Positions 38,036 through 52,812 of a DNA stretch of 64,000 nt are shown one piece after another. The DNA is taken from contig OX597815.1 of the NCBI GenBank assembly GCA_951406725.2, positions 188,294,001-188,358,000 of the forward strand, read 5' to 3'. Below the pieces are notes generated by a model. The model did no database searches. It was not told where the DNA came from and worked only from the letters and a program-made list of their open reading frames with translations. Origin of the DNA: Octopus vulgaris. Its lineage: Eukaryota. A program made the translations under genes and the position numbers. Each line of letters starts with the position of its first letter. Position 1 is the stretch's first letter.

Positions 38036-39523
38036 GTTTTAATGTTTCCCTCATCCTTCTTGTCAAAAAGTTGGCCTATACTGCTGTATATTCTTTAGAA
38101 ACAACACATTGATTGTTTCTTACATTTAAAACAAAGCCAAAGAATCTAAATTCTCTAATTTAGAATATCACTTTTCTAGATATTTGTTTCCTTATGCTTG
38201 AAGGGTTGGCATATCATTGACCATATTTGTGTAATGTATGAAAAACCATAATGTAGACGTTTTCAAACTTCCTGTTCTATCATCAACAGCTCTCCTGACT
38301 AAATGTTAAGAACACATTTCGAAGGGGAAACCATTAGTATTGCTATAAGCTTTTTTGATTTTGCTTTTTGTTCATAAAAATATCAAAGTTCCATATTCCA
38401 GCTTAATTAGTAGCATTTTCCAATTTAACTCAGAACAATATCAAAAGGGAATATTTTTATCATGGCTTACAATATTTTCTTGTTTTATATAGACAGACAT
38501 CAAAAAGGAATATTGTAAAATTACTAATTGTATTTTATTGTTTAGTTCCAAAGAAAGCAGAAAAAGATTTATGTATCTAACTAATTACATTTTCAGTATA
38601 TTATTTCCCTAAGCATAATCATCTTTACCTTTGAAATCTTCTTTAAGATAATTTAACTGCTGTAAGCAAATGCAACAAAAATACCTTAATTTATTATATT
38701 ACCACTCTGATATTCTCTTAAAATATTGTTACTTTTATATTATAAATTGATCTGGATCAGAGATAGTTCTGTAACCATTATTTATGCTGCCATTACTATC
38801 CTATTAATATCACTTACATTTTGATTCTAAATAACTTAGTGAGCCATCTAGAAAGGAAGCGTCTATGCAGTGTAATGATATCTGCTTTGTTTAGTTCTGC
38901 TTTAAATCATGTTCTGGTCTTTGGAAATACTTTCAAGGCATCAAGTGAATTGCTTGGAGAATTCTGAAATAAAAAAAACTATATTGAAAAATACTGTCAC
39001 TGCAGAAGATAAATATGATCAAATTAAAAAAATATATATAAATAAATAAGGAATAGTAACAGTTGTATTGCAATGAAAGAGGATTATAGCTATTTATATA
39101 AACTGGCAATACTGATCATGTGATAATGTTGTAAGAACTGAAACCTAGAAATGATATTGTTGCCATATTGCAGGAAGTAAAGTTTATTGTTGTATTTCAA
39201 GATATTGAAACAAAATGATATTATCGGTCATAATAAAGATAAAAATACCTGAGGCAATTTATAGTAAGTCTATAAATATCATATCAAATATGTAGATACT
39301 AGAAGGATAATCAATGATATGGCTATAAATTTGACAAACAACTTTGTAGTATCATTAATTTAGTGTTCAGCATGTTTTATATTGATGATATGTGACAGAA
39401 AAGCAATGATATGTGACAGACCAGAGTATTGTACGAAGCAATGTTATTAAATAAAGAAAATGATAAAGAGAAAACAAAACTAGATAATAAGAAAGCCAAG
39501 TTGTAGACAAATACATAGAATAC

Positions 39524-39740
<217 letters not shown>

Positions 39741-40524
39741 TGATTTATCTAGGAATCCTGATACTGAGTAGGTGCTGTCAAACTTGGATGGAGAAGAGAA
39801 GCTTTATGTTATTGTTGTTTGAAAAGGCAAATGGAATTTTATACTTGGAGACTGTGCAATAAGAAATAAATCAATGAACATGTAGGGATAAATGGAGAAG
39901 TTGCTGATTGCGTAGCTAACAGTGCTAAATAGCTACTGAATAAAATTCTAGCACAAAGCAAGTAGTTTCAATTCTGTCTTCAATACAGATTTTTCAGTTG
40001 GTGAGTGTGAAGATGTACTTTCTAAAAGTGCTTATGTATCACAGTGAAATATATTGAATAGGGTGTTTTTCAAAAAAAAATATTTCATTAAAAAGAAAAA
40101 TTTATCTTAGTGTGATAATGTAAATAGCAGTATTTTTGTAAATATAAAAACACCAAAATATATAAAAAAAAAAAAGAAGCAAAATGCAGAAAATTCCTAA
40201 TAAATTGAAAGGAGAAACATACTGAAGAGAGATGTTAAATAAGATAAATACTGAATATTTTCCTTTGATTTGGAACATAATTTTTCTTTTAGATTTGGTT
40301 TCTAATATTAGTTTCTGTTTGATTTTTAGTGAAAATTTAAAAATATTCATTACAGATGAACTACTTACTTTTAAAACTACACTTCCTGAAAAAGAAAAAT
40401 TATATTTAAAAACTACTCTTAGACACATTCTTCACTGCATGGCTCCATACAACTTTTAATCAATTTAGATTTTGGATTGCTTTTCTTAATAAGAATCATC
40501 ATTAAAACTAATTACTTTTCCTTT

Positions 40525-41020
40525 TCTCAAAGACCTACAGCAGAGTGAATATCTGGTTTCATCTGTTGCATCCACACTGTTGTTCTTCAGCAAATTTGGG
40601 CTCAGCAGTCTCCTGTCATCTCTTTTTACAGGTACCTAGCTTAGATTTTACTGGGGAAGCTCAGCAAGGAGACACCTCTCTAAATAGAGTATTCTTGTCT
40701 CCCTATTTTAAAAATTGGGTTTATCACCCTGGGTTGCCATTTTATTGGTACTTTCCAGAGGTCTGAACCATCTTGCATGATTAGAATGTTGCAGGAAAGA
40801 ATTGCAAGATGGCTTCTTCAAGTGGACCAATCAGCAGATAACTGAGGGTTAGACCAAGAATGAGATGGCTGGGTATCATTCATTAATCTCAGCTGGTCAT
40901 GCTTGGGAATCTAGCCAGTGAGTGAAATGGCAGCTTATTCTTGTAGGGCCCTATGGAGGAGGTTCCTGGTGATTCTACCCTCATGAATCTCCCAGAAATG
41001 GTGAATGGAGTAAATGGATG
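40525..41020. mobile_element. RTE LINE remnant with 5' inversion
   Basis: Minus 40525-40770: SGKVPIKWQ..INPIFK...RGVSLLS...EEQQCG..QIFTL; plus 40775-41020: IRMLQERIAR...RPRMRW...LSWSCLGI. Confidence 0.7.
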
Positions 41021-41037
41021 GGAGAACTTTTCCTCTG

Positions 41038-41258
41038 ACCTTTTAATATTCACACCAGTCATATCAGGCCCAAATATTCTACCTTACTTGCATTCAAAGT
41101 GGCCAGGTCAGGCCTCACACACTTACCATACAATGTCATTCTAAAAATAAACGATCACATCATTGAAATCTCAAAGCTACGAGATAATGTATGATAAATT
41201 CAAAACAATGTGAATAAATAAGCATTACATTTGACAGAGTAATCTGAATACTAAGGAG
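41038..41258. mobile_element. TTAA MITE of the 36395-36615 family
   Basis: Internal match; ends aatactaaggag-ttaa. Confidence 0.75.
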
Positions 41259-43433
41259 TTAATTATGAATGCAATTTTAATTGGTTGAAATTTATCTTTG
41301 GCTTCTCACAGTAATGTTAGTCTCTCTGCCCAGTGAAAAATATCTTCATGCAGAAGCCATCCCTGGAAAATTTCTTCATGCTATTATGTTACCTAAACAC
41401 TGAATATTTTCCACTCAAATTTTTATGTATCCTTTCTGTCATTCCAAAGTACAGTAGGAACAGGTAAGACTATATCTTATAGAGGAGGATTAACAATGCT
41501 AAAATATGTCTAGAGTTGTCATCTTGCTTGCCAAAGCCAAGATTCACTTATGAATGTATGCTCCATTCAATTTTTCATCTATTCGGATTTCAGAGTTATC
41601 TTCCTTTCCTTTCTTGACAAGATTTCTCATTCAAGCTAATAATTTTCCTCTTCATGACATGTATAATTTTAATTGGTAACAACATATTTTGTATTCTCCA
41701 TTAGCACCTCTTCCATCTACTTTAGTTGTAGTTGTATCTTGTATAGAACTAGACATCCGGTCATTGTATATTATTGAGAGCTTATATGATGGCTCTCTTG
41801 AGAAGTCTATAGCCAAAATGGATAGGTCATAGTGATGGCTCACTTGAATTAACAAGCACAGCTTCCTCCTGATTTACTATATGTTTCTATTTGTTTATTT
41901 AATCTGTTTAAATAATATGCATTAATAAAGCATTTACATTTGTTATTATTATCCTTCCAAAATATTATTTCTCTCAACCAGCAACTCCCTTAAAAGCTTC
42001 TTTTATGGTCCTGACTGGCACCCTTTGCAGAGACCAGTTAAAGCAATTAATATTAAGCCTTATTCACATTCCAGGCATGTTAACACCAACTAATTATCTT
42101 CTTTTACTCTTAGAAATTAAACATTTTCAGCATAAAAATATTTACTTTAGATTCAAAACTTTATCTTTTAGAGATTTCTAGTCTTTAATAAATAACTTCA
42201 AAGCTATACAATGAAATTGTTTTCATATATAGGTGCAATTATTTAATCATTCCAGTTTGTTTTTGTATGTATATGTAGGAATCTTAATTAAATCTATATT
42301 TCATTTTGTTAGTTTTGGTAAGAAATTGTAAATATATTTGTTCTAACATCTAACATTCTTCATTTAATACTTACAAGGTCACTTACAGAAATATCTAAAT
42401 GTTTTGGCTACATTGTATTACTTTATATCTATTAAATATTTTTACATCAACAAAACAAGTGTTTCTATATAATTTCTGTTGTGTTGTTTCACTACTGTAC
42501 TTTTACAATTTGCTGTATTCTGATTAGGATGCCTCTATTTTTAGTTATTTCCATCCATTCACAGCTGCAGTTGAGTAGCTATTGCATTAACTTCCACATT
42601 CCTGTCAGTTGATGGGAAATCCACTAGACAAAAATATCAGACTACAGAAAAATAAAATCAAGAAAAATGTTTCATATCTTCTTATAGAATGCATTGTATA
42701 GTATCTGAATACATTTCAAGAATTATCAGATGTTTTGATGTCATATTCATTTGCTAGATTTTTTCCCAGGCACTCATAAGACTTGGTAGACATTTTGGTG
42801 TAATATCCTTTTTGTTAAAATTCAAAAATCTCTCTATTGCTTATTTTATTAAAATTACTAACTCTTTTTATGTATTTATAAACAGATGTATGATTGAATA
42901 ACCTTTTATTTTAACTGAAATGCAGTTATTAAGTACCACAGAATAAAACATCTAAATCAGGTCTCATTTGATTCACTTAAATATTTTTCAGCTTTGCACT
43001 ACTTAATTTTAGAATTTCATTAGGAAAAAAAATTTAATTAAAAAAATGAAAATGAAAATCATTGTCTTTGTTTCTTTTGTTTCCAATGTCTGTTATTCTA
43101 TAAATCTGTAAAGTCTCCTTTCTTTTCAGTGTGGTTCTTCATTTTTGATACAGTATGTAAAGACAAAAACCATTGTTATCATCAAATATATGATAGAAAA
43201 ATCATTGTTTTTGTAAAAAAAACTTGCTTCATGTTGCTAACACACATACACACATACTAATATATGTGTGTGTGTGTATGTGTGTATCTATGTATGTTTG
43301 TGTATGATGATATTTATATATATATATATATATATCATCAACATCATATATATGTATATCTGTATGTATGTATATATAATATATATATATAAATATATAT
43401 ATATGTGTATATGTATGTATACATGTATATATG

Positions 43434-43486
<53 letters not shown>

Positions 43487-43550
43487 TATATATATATATA
43501 TGTATTATATATGTATTATATATGTATTATATATATATATATATTTATAT

Positions 43551-43785
43551 ATCAAAATAAGCAACAGGATATCAAGAGGTGATGCAGTACGACCGTTTCA
43601 AGCGGCTTCATTTAATTGAACAATGCAATCATTACATCATTGCATTATTCAATTAAATGGAGCCACTGCATCACCTCTTGATATCCTGTTGCTTATTTTG
43701 ATTTTATTCATGTTACTTTGAGTTGTATGGATAATACCACATGGAACTGGTGCTTCAACTTAAGTACCTAGTTCAACTGAATCTG

Positions 43786-43788
<3 letters not shown>
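43551..43788. mobile_element. Fold-back PLE-like end with HHR 3' half and unpaired tail
   Basis: Hairpin 43551-43702; minus-strand GAAA-cggtcg-TA-ctgc at 43599-43584; tail 43703-43788; (TA)n flanks. Confidence 0.8.
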
Positions 43789-43828
<40 letters not shown>

Positions 43829-44914
43829 AAAGGAAAAGGGATTTGGAATCCAGGTAGTTACCTTATCAACACTCTGATATAATCAAGATCTGGCTAACCC
43901 TATCAAATGATAGGGAAAATGTAGAATTGTTTAGGATAAACAATTACACAATCCCTCACTCAACAGGTAAATCCTGAATTTGTTTCCCCACACCTGAATG
44001 GGTAAAACATTGAACAAAACTGCATAGGAATGTCTAGCCTGGATGAATATATATATATATATATACAATTTAAAAATAGGATAAGATCTTTATATGAATT
44101 TATCAAGTAGTCAGCGTGAAAAACCTCATAAGAGAAAAAAATCCACCAATTTTTTCACTTAAATATATTTATTTATATTATATAGAGGGCATTATTACAC
44201 ATAAATGCCCTCTATATAATATAAATATATATATATACACACACATATATATATATATAAATGTATGTATATATATATATGTGTATGTATATATATATAT
44301 ATATATATATGTGTATGTATATGTTTTTGTGTCTGTGTTTGTTCCCCCAACATCACTTGACAACTGATGTTGTGTTTATGTCCCTATGACTTAGTGGTTT
44401 GGCAAAAGAGATCAATAGAATAAGTGCCAGGCTCACAAAGAATAAGTCCTGAGGTCCGCTTGTTTGACTAAACACGGTGTGGCTGCATGGCCACAGTCAA
44501 ATAACTGAAACAAAGGAATAATAGAATTTATATATACTGCGGAATTCTGTTATGTCTGTATTAATCTAATCCTCTTTAGGTAACCCAGCTGATTGAACAA
44601 CTCACTGCTGTTTGTTAAAATCGAAATCAGGTTGTTCCATCATCATCATCATAATCCTAACCATTACCATATATAGGGAAGACAGACAAGGAATTGAGAA
44701 ATGTGTATTCATGTACTTTTATCTTTTACACCTGTACCTGTATGTGTGTATGCATACATGTTCATATTTTCTGCATGTGTGTGTGTGTACACACACACAC
44801 ATCATCATCATCATCATCGTAAGCATTTAACATCTGCTTTCCATGCTGTTATAGGTTGGACAGTTTGATTGATGACTGGCAAGCCAGGAGTCTGCATCAG
44901 GATTTTTCTTTTTT

Positions 44915-45063
44915 AAGAAAACTGTACGGCGAATGAGAACGCGAAACCCTGAGTAACAGCTTTTGTTATATTTCTGCTGCTTTTAAATAAAGCATATTAC
45001 TCTACCTCTGGTATTTGAGTACTCTTTTTTTCCACCTTGTTTCACATGTATGTGCTTACTTCG
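44915..45063 (+). mobile_element. PLE-like end with degenerate HHR
   Basis: ctgt-ACGGCGA-atg agaa cgc-GAAA-ccctgag-TA-acag; same family as 5521-5686. Confidence 0.65.
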
Positions 45064-45253
45064 TTATATATATATCTATATATATATAGGTGCAGGAGTG
45101 ACTGTGTGGTAAGTAGCTTGCTTACCAACTACATGGTTCTGTGTTCAGTCCCACTGAGTGGCAATCTGGGGGAGAGTGACTTCTACTATATCCTCCAGCT
45201 GACCAAAGCCCTGTGAGTGGATTTGGTAGACAGAAACTGAAAGAAGCCTGTCG

Positions 45254-45299
<46 letters not shown>

Positions 45300-45384
45300 T
45301 GTGTGTGTCGGTGTATATTTATATATGTATATATATATATATATACATATAAATATATGCACACACACATGCACATAAATCATA

Positions 45385-45424
<40 letters not shown>

Positions 45425-46225
45425 CATGGCTTTATATAGTTAGTGCACCCAATATTCAGTGATAAATTAGAACGAATATATATGTCTACAAGTGCATATT
45501 TATATGGGGGTGTGTTCTGTGTCATGCATTAAGTGTGTCTCTGCTAACGAATGAATAGATGAGTAAAAAAAAACAACAAAAAAACAAAAACCATCTATGC
45601 ATACATTTTCATATATATTAATATTACATTAATGTATGTATATGCAAATGTATGTATATATGTATATGTATGTATGTATGTATTCATGTATGTATGAATC
45701 TCTGTACGTATATACGTATATATTACATATTTTAAGAAATGAAAAAATATTAGGTAATTTGGAGCTAGTTTTTTTTTGCTTCTGCGACTACTTTAATATT
45801 CTGGCATGAAATATTCATTTTTCATTCAATTAATGTGAAGTCTCATTATATTATATTTTTTGTTATTTTATTGATTCTAAGAAGATTTCTACTTTCATAA
45901 TAGTCTGAGATATTGCTATTATAGAATAATGCTTGTTCCCTGAAGATACTTCAGAACATCTGCTATGTACAAAAGTAGTCACATAGTTTGTATTTTATAT
46001 GAATACGCTGATGAAACCTTACAATGAAAATTTATTCATGGAATTATATCTAAAGCACAAAAGTATAAACGGCTAAAAATTTTCACTGCAGTTTAGCTTA
46101 ACGTTCTAGGAAACAACAAAACTCTGAATCTTGTGTTATTGTTTAAACAAACTGAAGAAGAAAAATAAATGAATTATTAAACAAACAAATAAACTGGAGT
46201 ATTTTCTGCAAAGAAAAAAAGCCAA

Positions 46226-46251
46226 AATAATAATAATAATAATGATAATAA

Positions 46252-46314
<63 letters not shown>

Positions 46315-46384
46315 TAATAATAATAATAATGATAATAATAATAATAATGATAATAATGATAATGATAATAATAATGATGATGAT
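46226..46384. repeat. (AAT)n microsatellite
   Basis: Read directly. Confidence 0.97.
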
Positions 46385-46905
46385 AAAAAATACGATCATA
46401 AAAATATACCCGATGTACATGAATTTTGTATTGATTATTGCTTCAAAACCAGAAATAACTAATATACCAAACTGGAATTTTCTTACTCACTTATCTACAC
46501 ACATTTTCTCCCCCCTTACTCTCTCTCTCTCTCTCTCTCTCCCCCTCAGCTCTCCCTCTCCCTTTTTCTTCCCTCTCTCTCTTTCTATTTATTTATCACA
46601 TACATACAAACACATTTTATCTCATAATTTTCAAGCCAACATGCATAAAATTGCTAAAATCTATACCTTTGCATGCATTTGTACGCAGGGCCGTCCTTGT
46701 AATATTTGAATTTTTTTTTTTCTGTGAGGTTTAGCACTGTAGAGAACTAGCAGCAGTATATATATATTTGCTGTTAGATAAATTGATTTATTTAGAATTA
46801 TTAACTGCAGCATGTTTGAACAATTAAATTATGGTGTCATTAATCAATGTCCACTTTCTGTTTTAAGCATATGTGTGTGTGTGTGTGTGTGTATGTTTGC
46901 ATGCA

Positions 46906-46940
<35 letters not shown>

Positions 46941-48452
46941 GTGTGTGCTCACACACAGGCATGAGTATGTGGTTAAGAAGTTGACTTTGGAACCATGCAG
47001 CTAGGAGTTTGGTCCTGCAGCTTGGATGTTGTTGGCTTGCCCCCTGTTCTATAGGCATTGGTCAATCTGCATCTTATGAGTAATATTGGTAGACCGAAAC
47101 TGAAGAAGCTGGTTGTGTGTATGTGTGTGTGTATGTGTGTATGTGTGTATGTGTGTATGTGTGTATGTGTGTGTGTTTCATGTTATTCTAGTCTACTCAG
47201 CTATCAAAAATAAATGGTACCTGTATTTCAAAGGGGCCAGCCTTGTCACATTCTGTGTCACGCTGAATCTCCCTGAGAACTGCATTCAGGGCACCTGGGT
47301 CTGTGGAGAACTCAGCCACTTGCACGATAATCTCACTAGCAGGCTGTGATTTGTTGACTGAAACAACTGAAACCCTTATCATCATAACCGGCAGAGTGCC
47401 AGTTTTGTATATATACATATTTGTGTGTGTGTTTGTGTGCGTGCGTGTGTGTGTGTATGCACATGTATAAGTGTGTGTGTGTATGCGCATGTATAAGTGT
47501 ATGTGTGTGTTTGTACTCTCCATCATCTTCATGCATGTTCACTGATAGTAAGCAAAATGCTCATTCAAATGGTGTTTCCAGTTCTTTATGTCACTATGTC
47601 TGGGCTGTTTGTTGTTTGATAGACTGAGATGAAGGTGGGGTGGCTCATCATCTTGCTTGGTGAGGGAACAGGTGAGGGTCAGCATTGGAAAGGGCATCTG
47701 GCTGTAAAAAAACTGCCCTGAAGTAGTTTTATCTGACTCATGTAAGCATGGAAACATTGAAATGATGATGATGATGAAATTGTGATGATTTATACATACA
47801 TATATATATATATTGCTGTGATGCTTCTAAAATACAACATTTGAAAACCTAGCGGTATACCTTTTTTCTACCCTACTGAAGACATTTTGCTAAATATAAT
47901 GATTTTATTAATTGCTATTTAATCTATTAAGCCTAATTGAAATAATTGTAAGGAACCATATTTGATTTTAGCGGATAATAAATTTTTATTAAATGTTATA
48001 TCTCCATTTTCTTACTTCCTTTTATATATATATAAATATATATATAAATGTATATATCGTTGCTATTATGTTAAACTGTCATATGTCCATATTTGGCCAA
48101 ATGCATTTTTTTTTCCATATTTAATTTTGATTGCAACAGCCGGTTCTTTTGGTCAAACTATTGTACCTCCAACTGCTTCAGATGCCAAGATATGAAAATT
48201 GTCAAAGTGTAGTACAACGATTTAGTATTTTTCCAAAGTGTAGTAAGTCCCACATACAACAGTTTTGCAAAAATATTTTCGACTGAAAATATCGTACATG
48301 CATAGAGTTATAATTTTATGCACCCAACAAAGTATCATTCTTAAGCTGAAACTGTTGCTAATGTAATAAAGAATTTAAAAAATGGCATGGTGAAACTATT
48401 TTTTCATTTTCTGAAAAAGCAACGTTTTGGACTTATGACACTTTTGCATAAC

Positions 48453-48511
<59 letters not shown>

Positions 48512-49158
48512 TATATTGCAAGCTGTAGGGCGACACATGCATTATGGTATCATTTTGTGCATAAAGTGTTTTTGCAGAGAGCTGATTAAATACGAAAGAA
48601 TAATTCATGTTTAGAGTGATGATATCTTGAAATATAAAACTGGCTAAGATGAAAATATACTAAAAAAATATTGGTTATACATGTTAAAATAAATTCATAC
48701 ACATTTTTATAAGTTTTTCCCAAAAAATGACTTCATGTTTCTAACTAGTTTACATTAAAAATACAACATATTCTTACCAGCAAAAGACACAAAGAGAGAA
48801 ATTTGTGATAGATATACTGATGATATACAGACTGATATAACTGAAGAAAAAACATGTAAAAAATACAAATATAATTGAAATATTGATAAATGGTATTTAA
48901 AAACATCTTACATAAATGGTCAATTATTTTAAAGATAGAAATAAATATTTTTCTAGCATAACAAAGAATAAAGCATTTTAAAAAAATAATTAAGAGCACT
49001 GTGAATGATTTTACAGACACAAACATCATTAAAGACATATTGATATCTTGGCACTATTTCTATCATTTCTGGTTTTACTAGTCCGTATATAATAAGCAAC
49101 ACATTCTGACAATTTTCTCCATTTTCTGCTAATGTGGCCAACACAAATTTTACTTTCG

Positions 49159-49372
49159 ACCCTTTTGATACCAACCCATTTAAGAACATTTTCAGTTCTA
49201 TGATACAAATTCCCTGTTTTTAAAGTAATCTAAGCAAAAATTTTCCCCCAAAATTGCTTGTTAATCTATAATTCACAACCAGCTTTAGTTATATTAGCAA
49301 ATTATTTATTATTTCCAAAATTAACCGAAACAAAATCGGTATGTTTTGACAGAAACATACTAACAAAAGAAT
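49159..49372. mobile_element. Decayed TTAA-type MITE, second family
   Basis: cccttttgatacca ... actaacaaaagaa-ttaa termini. Confidence 0.5.
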
Positions 49373-49999
49373 TAAGCGTGAGACTCCGAGAAAAAGAAAT
49401 TCTCGTTCTGAGTAAAATATATGTTTACGTAGATATTTTTTAAATATATATAGCTAGTATTTATTTACAAATAGCTTTTTTTCTTAACCAGTTTTAATAT
49501 TTCCATGTGCTAACATTCTAAACATGAATTTATTTTCATATTACCAAGTTCTTCTGCTAAAATACGTTATGCAAAAAATACATCTTTGTTATGTTTGCAA
49601 AATATTTATTTCTATAATATTATTAATATGCAAACCCATTTCTCTAAGATGGAGATTCAAGTGCTCTTGTAAAATATGTTACTTTCCTAAAGATTTTCCA
49701 GGAAAAATTTATGAATGGTTTATCGATTTTCAGCTGCATTCTGTCTGTCTAACTTTCCTTTTTTGGCTTTACTAATTTGAATATAATAAATGTAATCCAG
49801 TTTTGATGTTCTTTTTCTGTCTTTCACTGATGAGAGTATCATATGTTTTATTTTACATATGAAAGACTTTGAAACATGGATTTGTGTCCAGAGAGAAATT
49901 TTAGTATCTGTTTTAACATCATTGCCAATTACCAGTATTTATTTCTGAGTGGCCTTTACACTTAAACATTTTAATATTTCAATATACATACATAGGTAT

Positions 50000-50070
<71 letters not shown>

Positions 50071-50248
50071 GGGCTACTTTCAGTTTCCATCTATCAAATC
50101 CACTCACAAGGCTTTGGTTGCTCTGAGGTTATGGTAGAAGACACATGCCCAAGGTGCGATGCAGTGGAATTGAACTGAGAACCATCTGGCTGGAATGCAA
50201 ACTTCTTACCACACAGATATACTTGCACCAATCTCTCTCTCTCTCTCT

Positions 50249-50291
<43 letters not shown>

Positions 50292-50879
50292 GGGAGCATA
50301 ACTTCAAACTTACAGGGTAAAATTCAATTTAGTATTAAATCAAATTTCACAATATAAATATAAAATATATATAAATTAGAGAAAAACCACTATTACGCAA
50401 TTCAAACAATGATAGACATAAAACAAATCATAAATAGAAAATAAAATATAGTATATATTTTAAAACATATAACTAGATCACAAAAAGTACAAAATGAATA
50501 AAAGATATATAAGTAAAAAAATTATATGTATATATATATATATACATATAAACTTGGAAATGGATGCGTGGTGTTCAATCATATAATAATATAAATAAAA
50601 TATATAAGTATATGCATATATGAGTACAGGACATCATCAACGAGTGAAAAGTACGTAAGCACATGAGAGAAAAGTACAAGACAAAATACCAAAAGAAGAT
50701 AACTCCTCATCAGTTGTTGGACTATTTATCATTCTTTATTTCATGGTTTTAACAACAATATAGGGAAACTTCAAAAGACAGCAGCATCCAGAAATTTAAA
50801 AAATATAAAATTCATGGAGAGTTAGAACTTTGAATGAACAAACAACATATACATACTTACATATACATATACATATATA

Positions 50880-50979
<100 letters not shown>

Positions 50980-51016
50980 AATATATATATATATATATAT
51001 ATATACATAAACAATT

Positions 51017-51360
51017 AACAATTACAGCATGGAAGGTCTTTATAAGCCATTTAAGAAACACAAAATCCGTTAGATTCACTTCAACATTTAAATTTAATTT
51101 GCCAAAATATTTTCGTCGCTTTGAGACTGCGACCTGTTCACTGACAAAATTCTGTGATGCAGCATGGAATTTTGTCAGTGAACAGGTCGTGGTCTCAAAG
51201 CAAGAAAAAATACTTTGACAAATTAAATCTAAATGTTGAAGTGAACCTAACGGATTTTGTGTTTCTTAAATGGCTTATAAACACCTTCCATGCTGCAATT
51301 GTTTTCGTTCCAGCACACGGTCTCAGATCAGGTCACTTGCTATGCAAGTACGTCTCTGTA
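51017..51360. mobile_element. Fold-back PLE-like end: 287-bp palindrome plus 57-bp tail
   Basis: Arms 51017-51159 / 51160-51303 with essentially no spacer; tail ends in (TA)n. Confidence 0.9.
51098..51148 (-). ncRNA. Type I HHR variant with G3:C8 core
   Basis: tttgtca-GTGAACA-g-gtcgc(agtctcaaa)gcgac-GAAA-atat-TT-tggcaaa. Confidence 0.7.
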
Positions 51361-52083
51361 ATATATATATAATTTTACAGAAATCCTTGTGAAAAATGAA
51401 GTTTTGTGAAAATTAGTTCCATAAGAAAGACACATTGGATGGTTGGATGGTGTGAATGAAAATACAAATGGATGAAATTGTTATAATTGGAATACATTTC
51501 CTCATAGATACACTCAATCAAGATTGAATTGGGACCCTTCAGTTAGTCAACACAAGAACGGAAATATTAGAACCAGTCACTAAATCCTTTACATTAGTAG
51601 ATTATAGACTGTACTTTAAAACAGGAACTAAGATGAATCTGTATTTGTAAAATAGTGTATTTTCAAGAAATTCACTGCAAAAGTATTTATAAAAAGTGAT
51701 GAAACATATTACTAGAATGATGCTTCTGTGTGTGTTTATGTATTTACATTCAAGCACTTGGTTACATGTATATATATATATATATATGTATTTCACTTAG
51801 GAATTGGGAGATTGATAACCTGGTGTAGAACTCAATACACATATGTTTCAGAACAAAGTGTTAGATGTGTATAGAGTGGAAATAAGAAAGGGAGATGACA
51901 GGAAAAACAAAGGCTTTGTTATGAACTTCATACACACACACACACACACGCACACACACATGTACATATACATATATATGTGTGTGTGTATATATATATA
52001 TATATACACACACATATACATACATATGAACTTCATGCACACACACACACACACATACACACATGTACATATACATATATATA

Positions 52084-52123
<40 letters not shown>

Positions 52124-52169
52124 TATACATACATACACACATACACACATACACACAAATATGTACATA

Positions 52170-52211
<42 letters not shown>

Positions 52212-52288
52212 CTAAACTACCAATCCATTCTTGTTGCTTTCTTCTTGGTTATATACACATACATATATATTAAAGCATTCATATGCAT

Positions 52289-52339
<51 letters not shown>

Positions 52340-52345
52340 TATATA

Positions 52346-52513
52346 GTGGCTGTGTGATAAGTAGCTTGCTTACGAACCACATGGTTCCGGGTTCAGTCCC
52401 ACTGCATAGTACCTTGGGCAAGTGTCTTCTACTATAGCCTCGGGCCGACCAAAACCTTGTGAGTGTGGATTTGGTAGACAGAAACTGAAAGAAGCCCATT
52501 GTATATATGTATA

Positions 52514-52605
<92 letters not shown>

Positions 52606-52812
52606 TGTGTGTCTGTGTTTGTCTCCCTAACATCGCTTGACAACCGATGCTGGTGTGTTTACGTCCCTGTAACATAGCGGTTCAGCAAAAGAGACTGATA
52701 GAGTAAGTACTAGGCTTACAAAGAATAAGTCCTGGGGTCGATTTGCTCGACTAAAAGGCGGCGCTCCAGCGTGGCCACAGTCAAATGACTGAAACAAGTA
52801 AAAGAGTAAAAG
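52346..52812 (+). mobile_element. Major SINE with expanded internal (TA)n
   Basis: Family match. Confidence 0.9.

Noticed and set aside
50560-50830. Minus-strand CTGATGA in a TA-flanked segment
   Set aside because: Could not assemble stems and GAAA in a valid order
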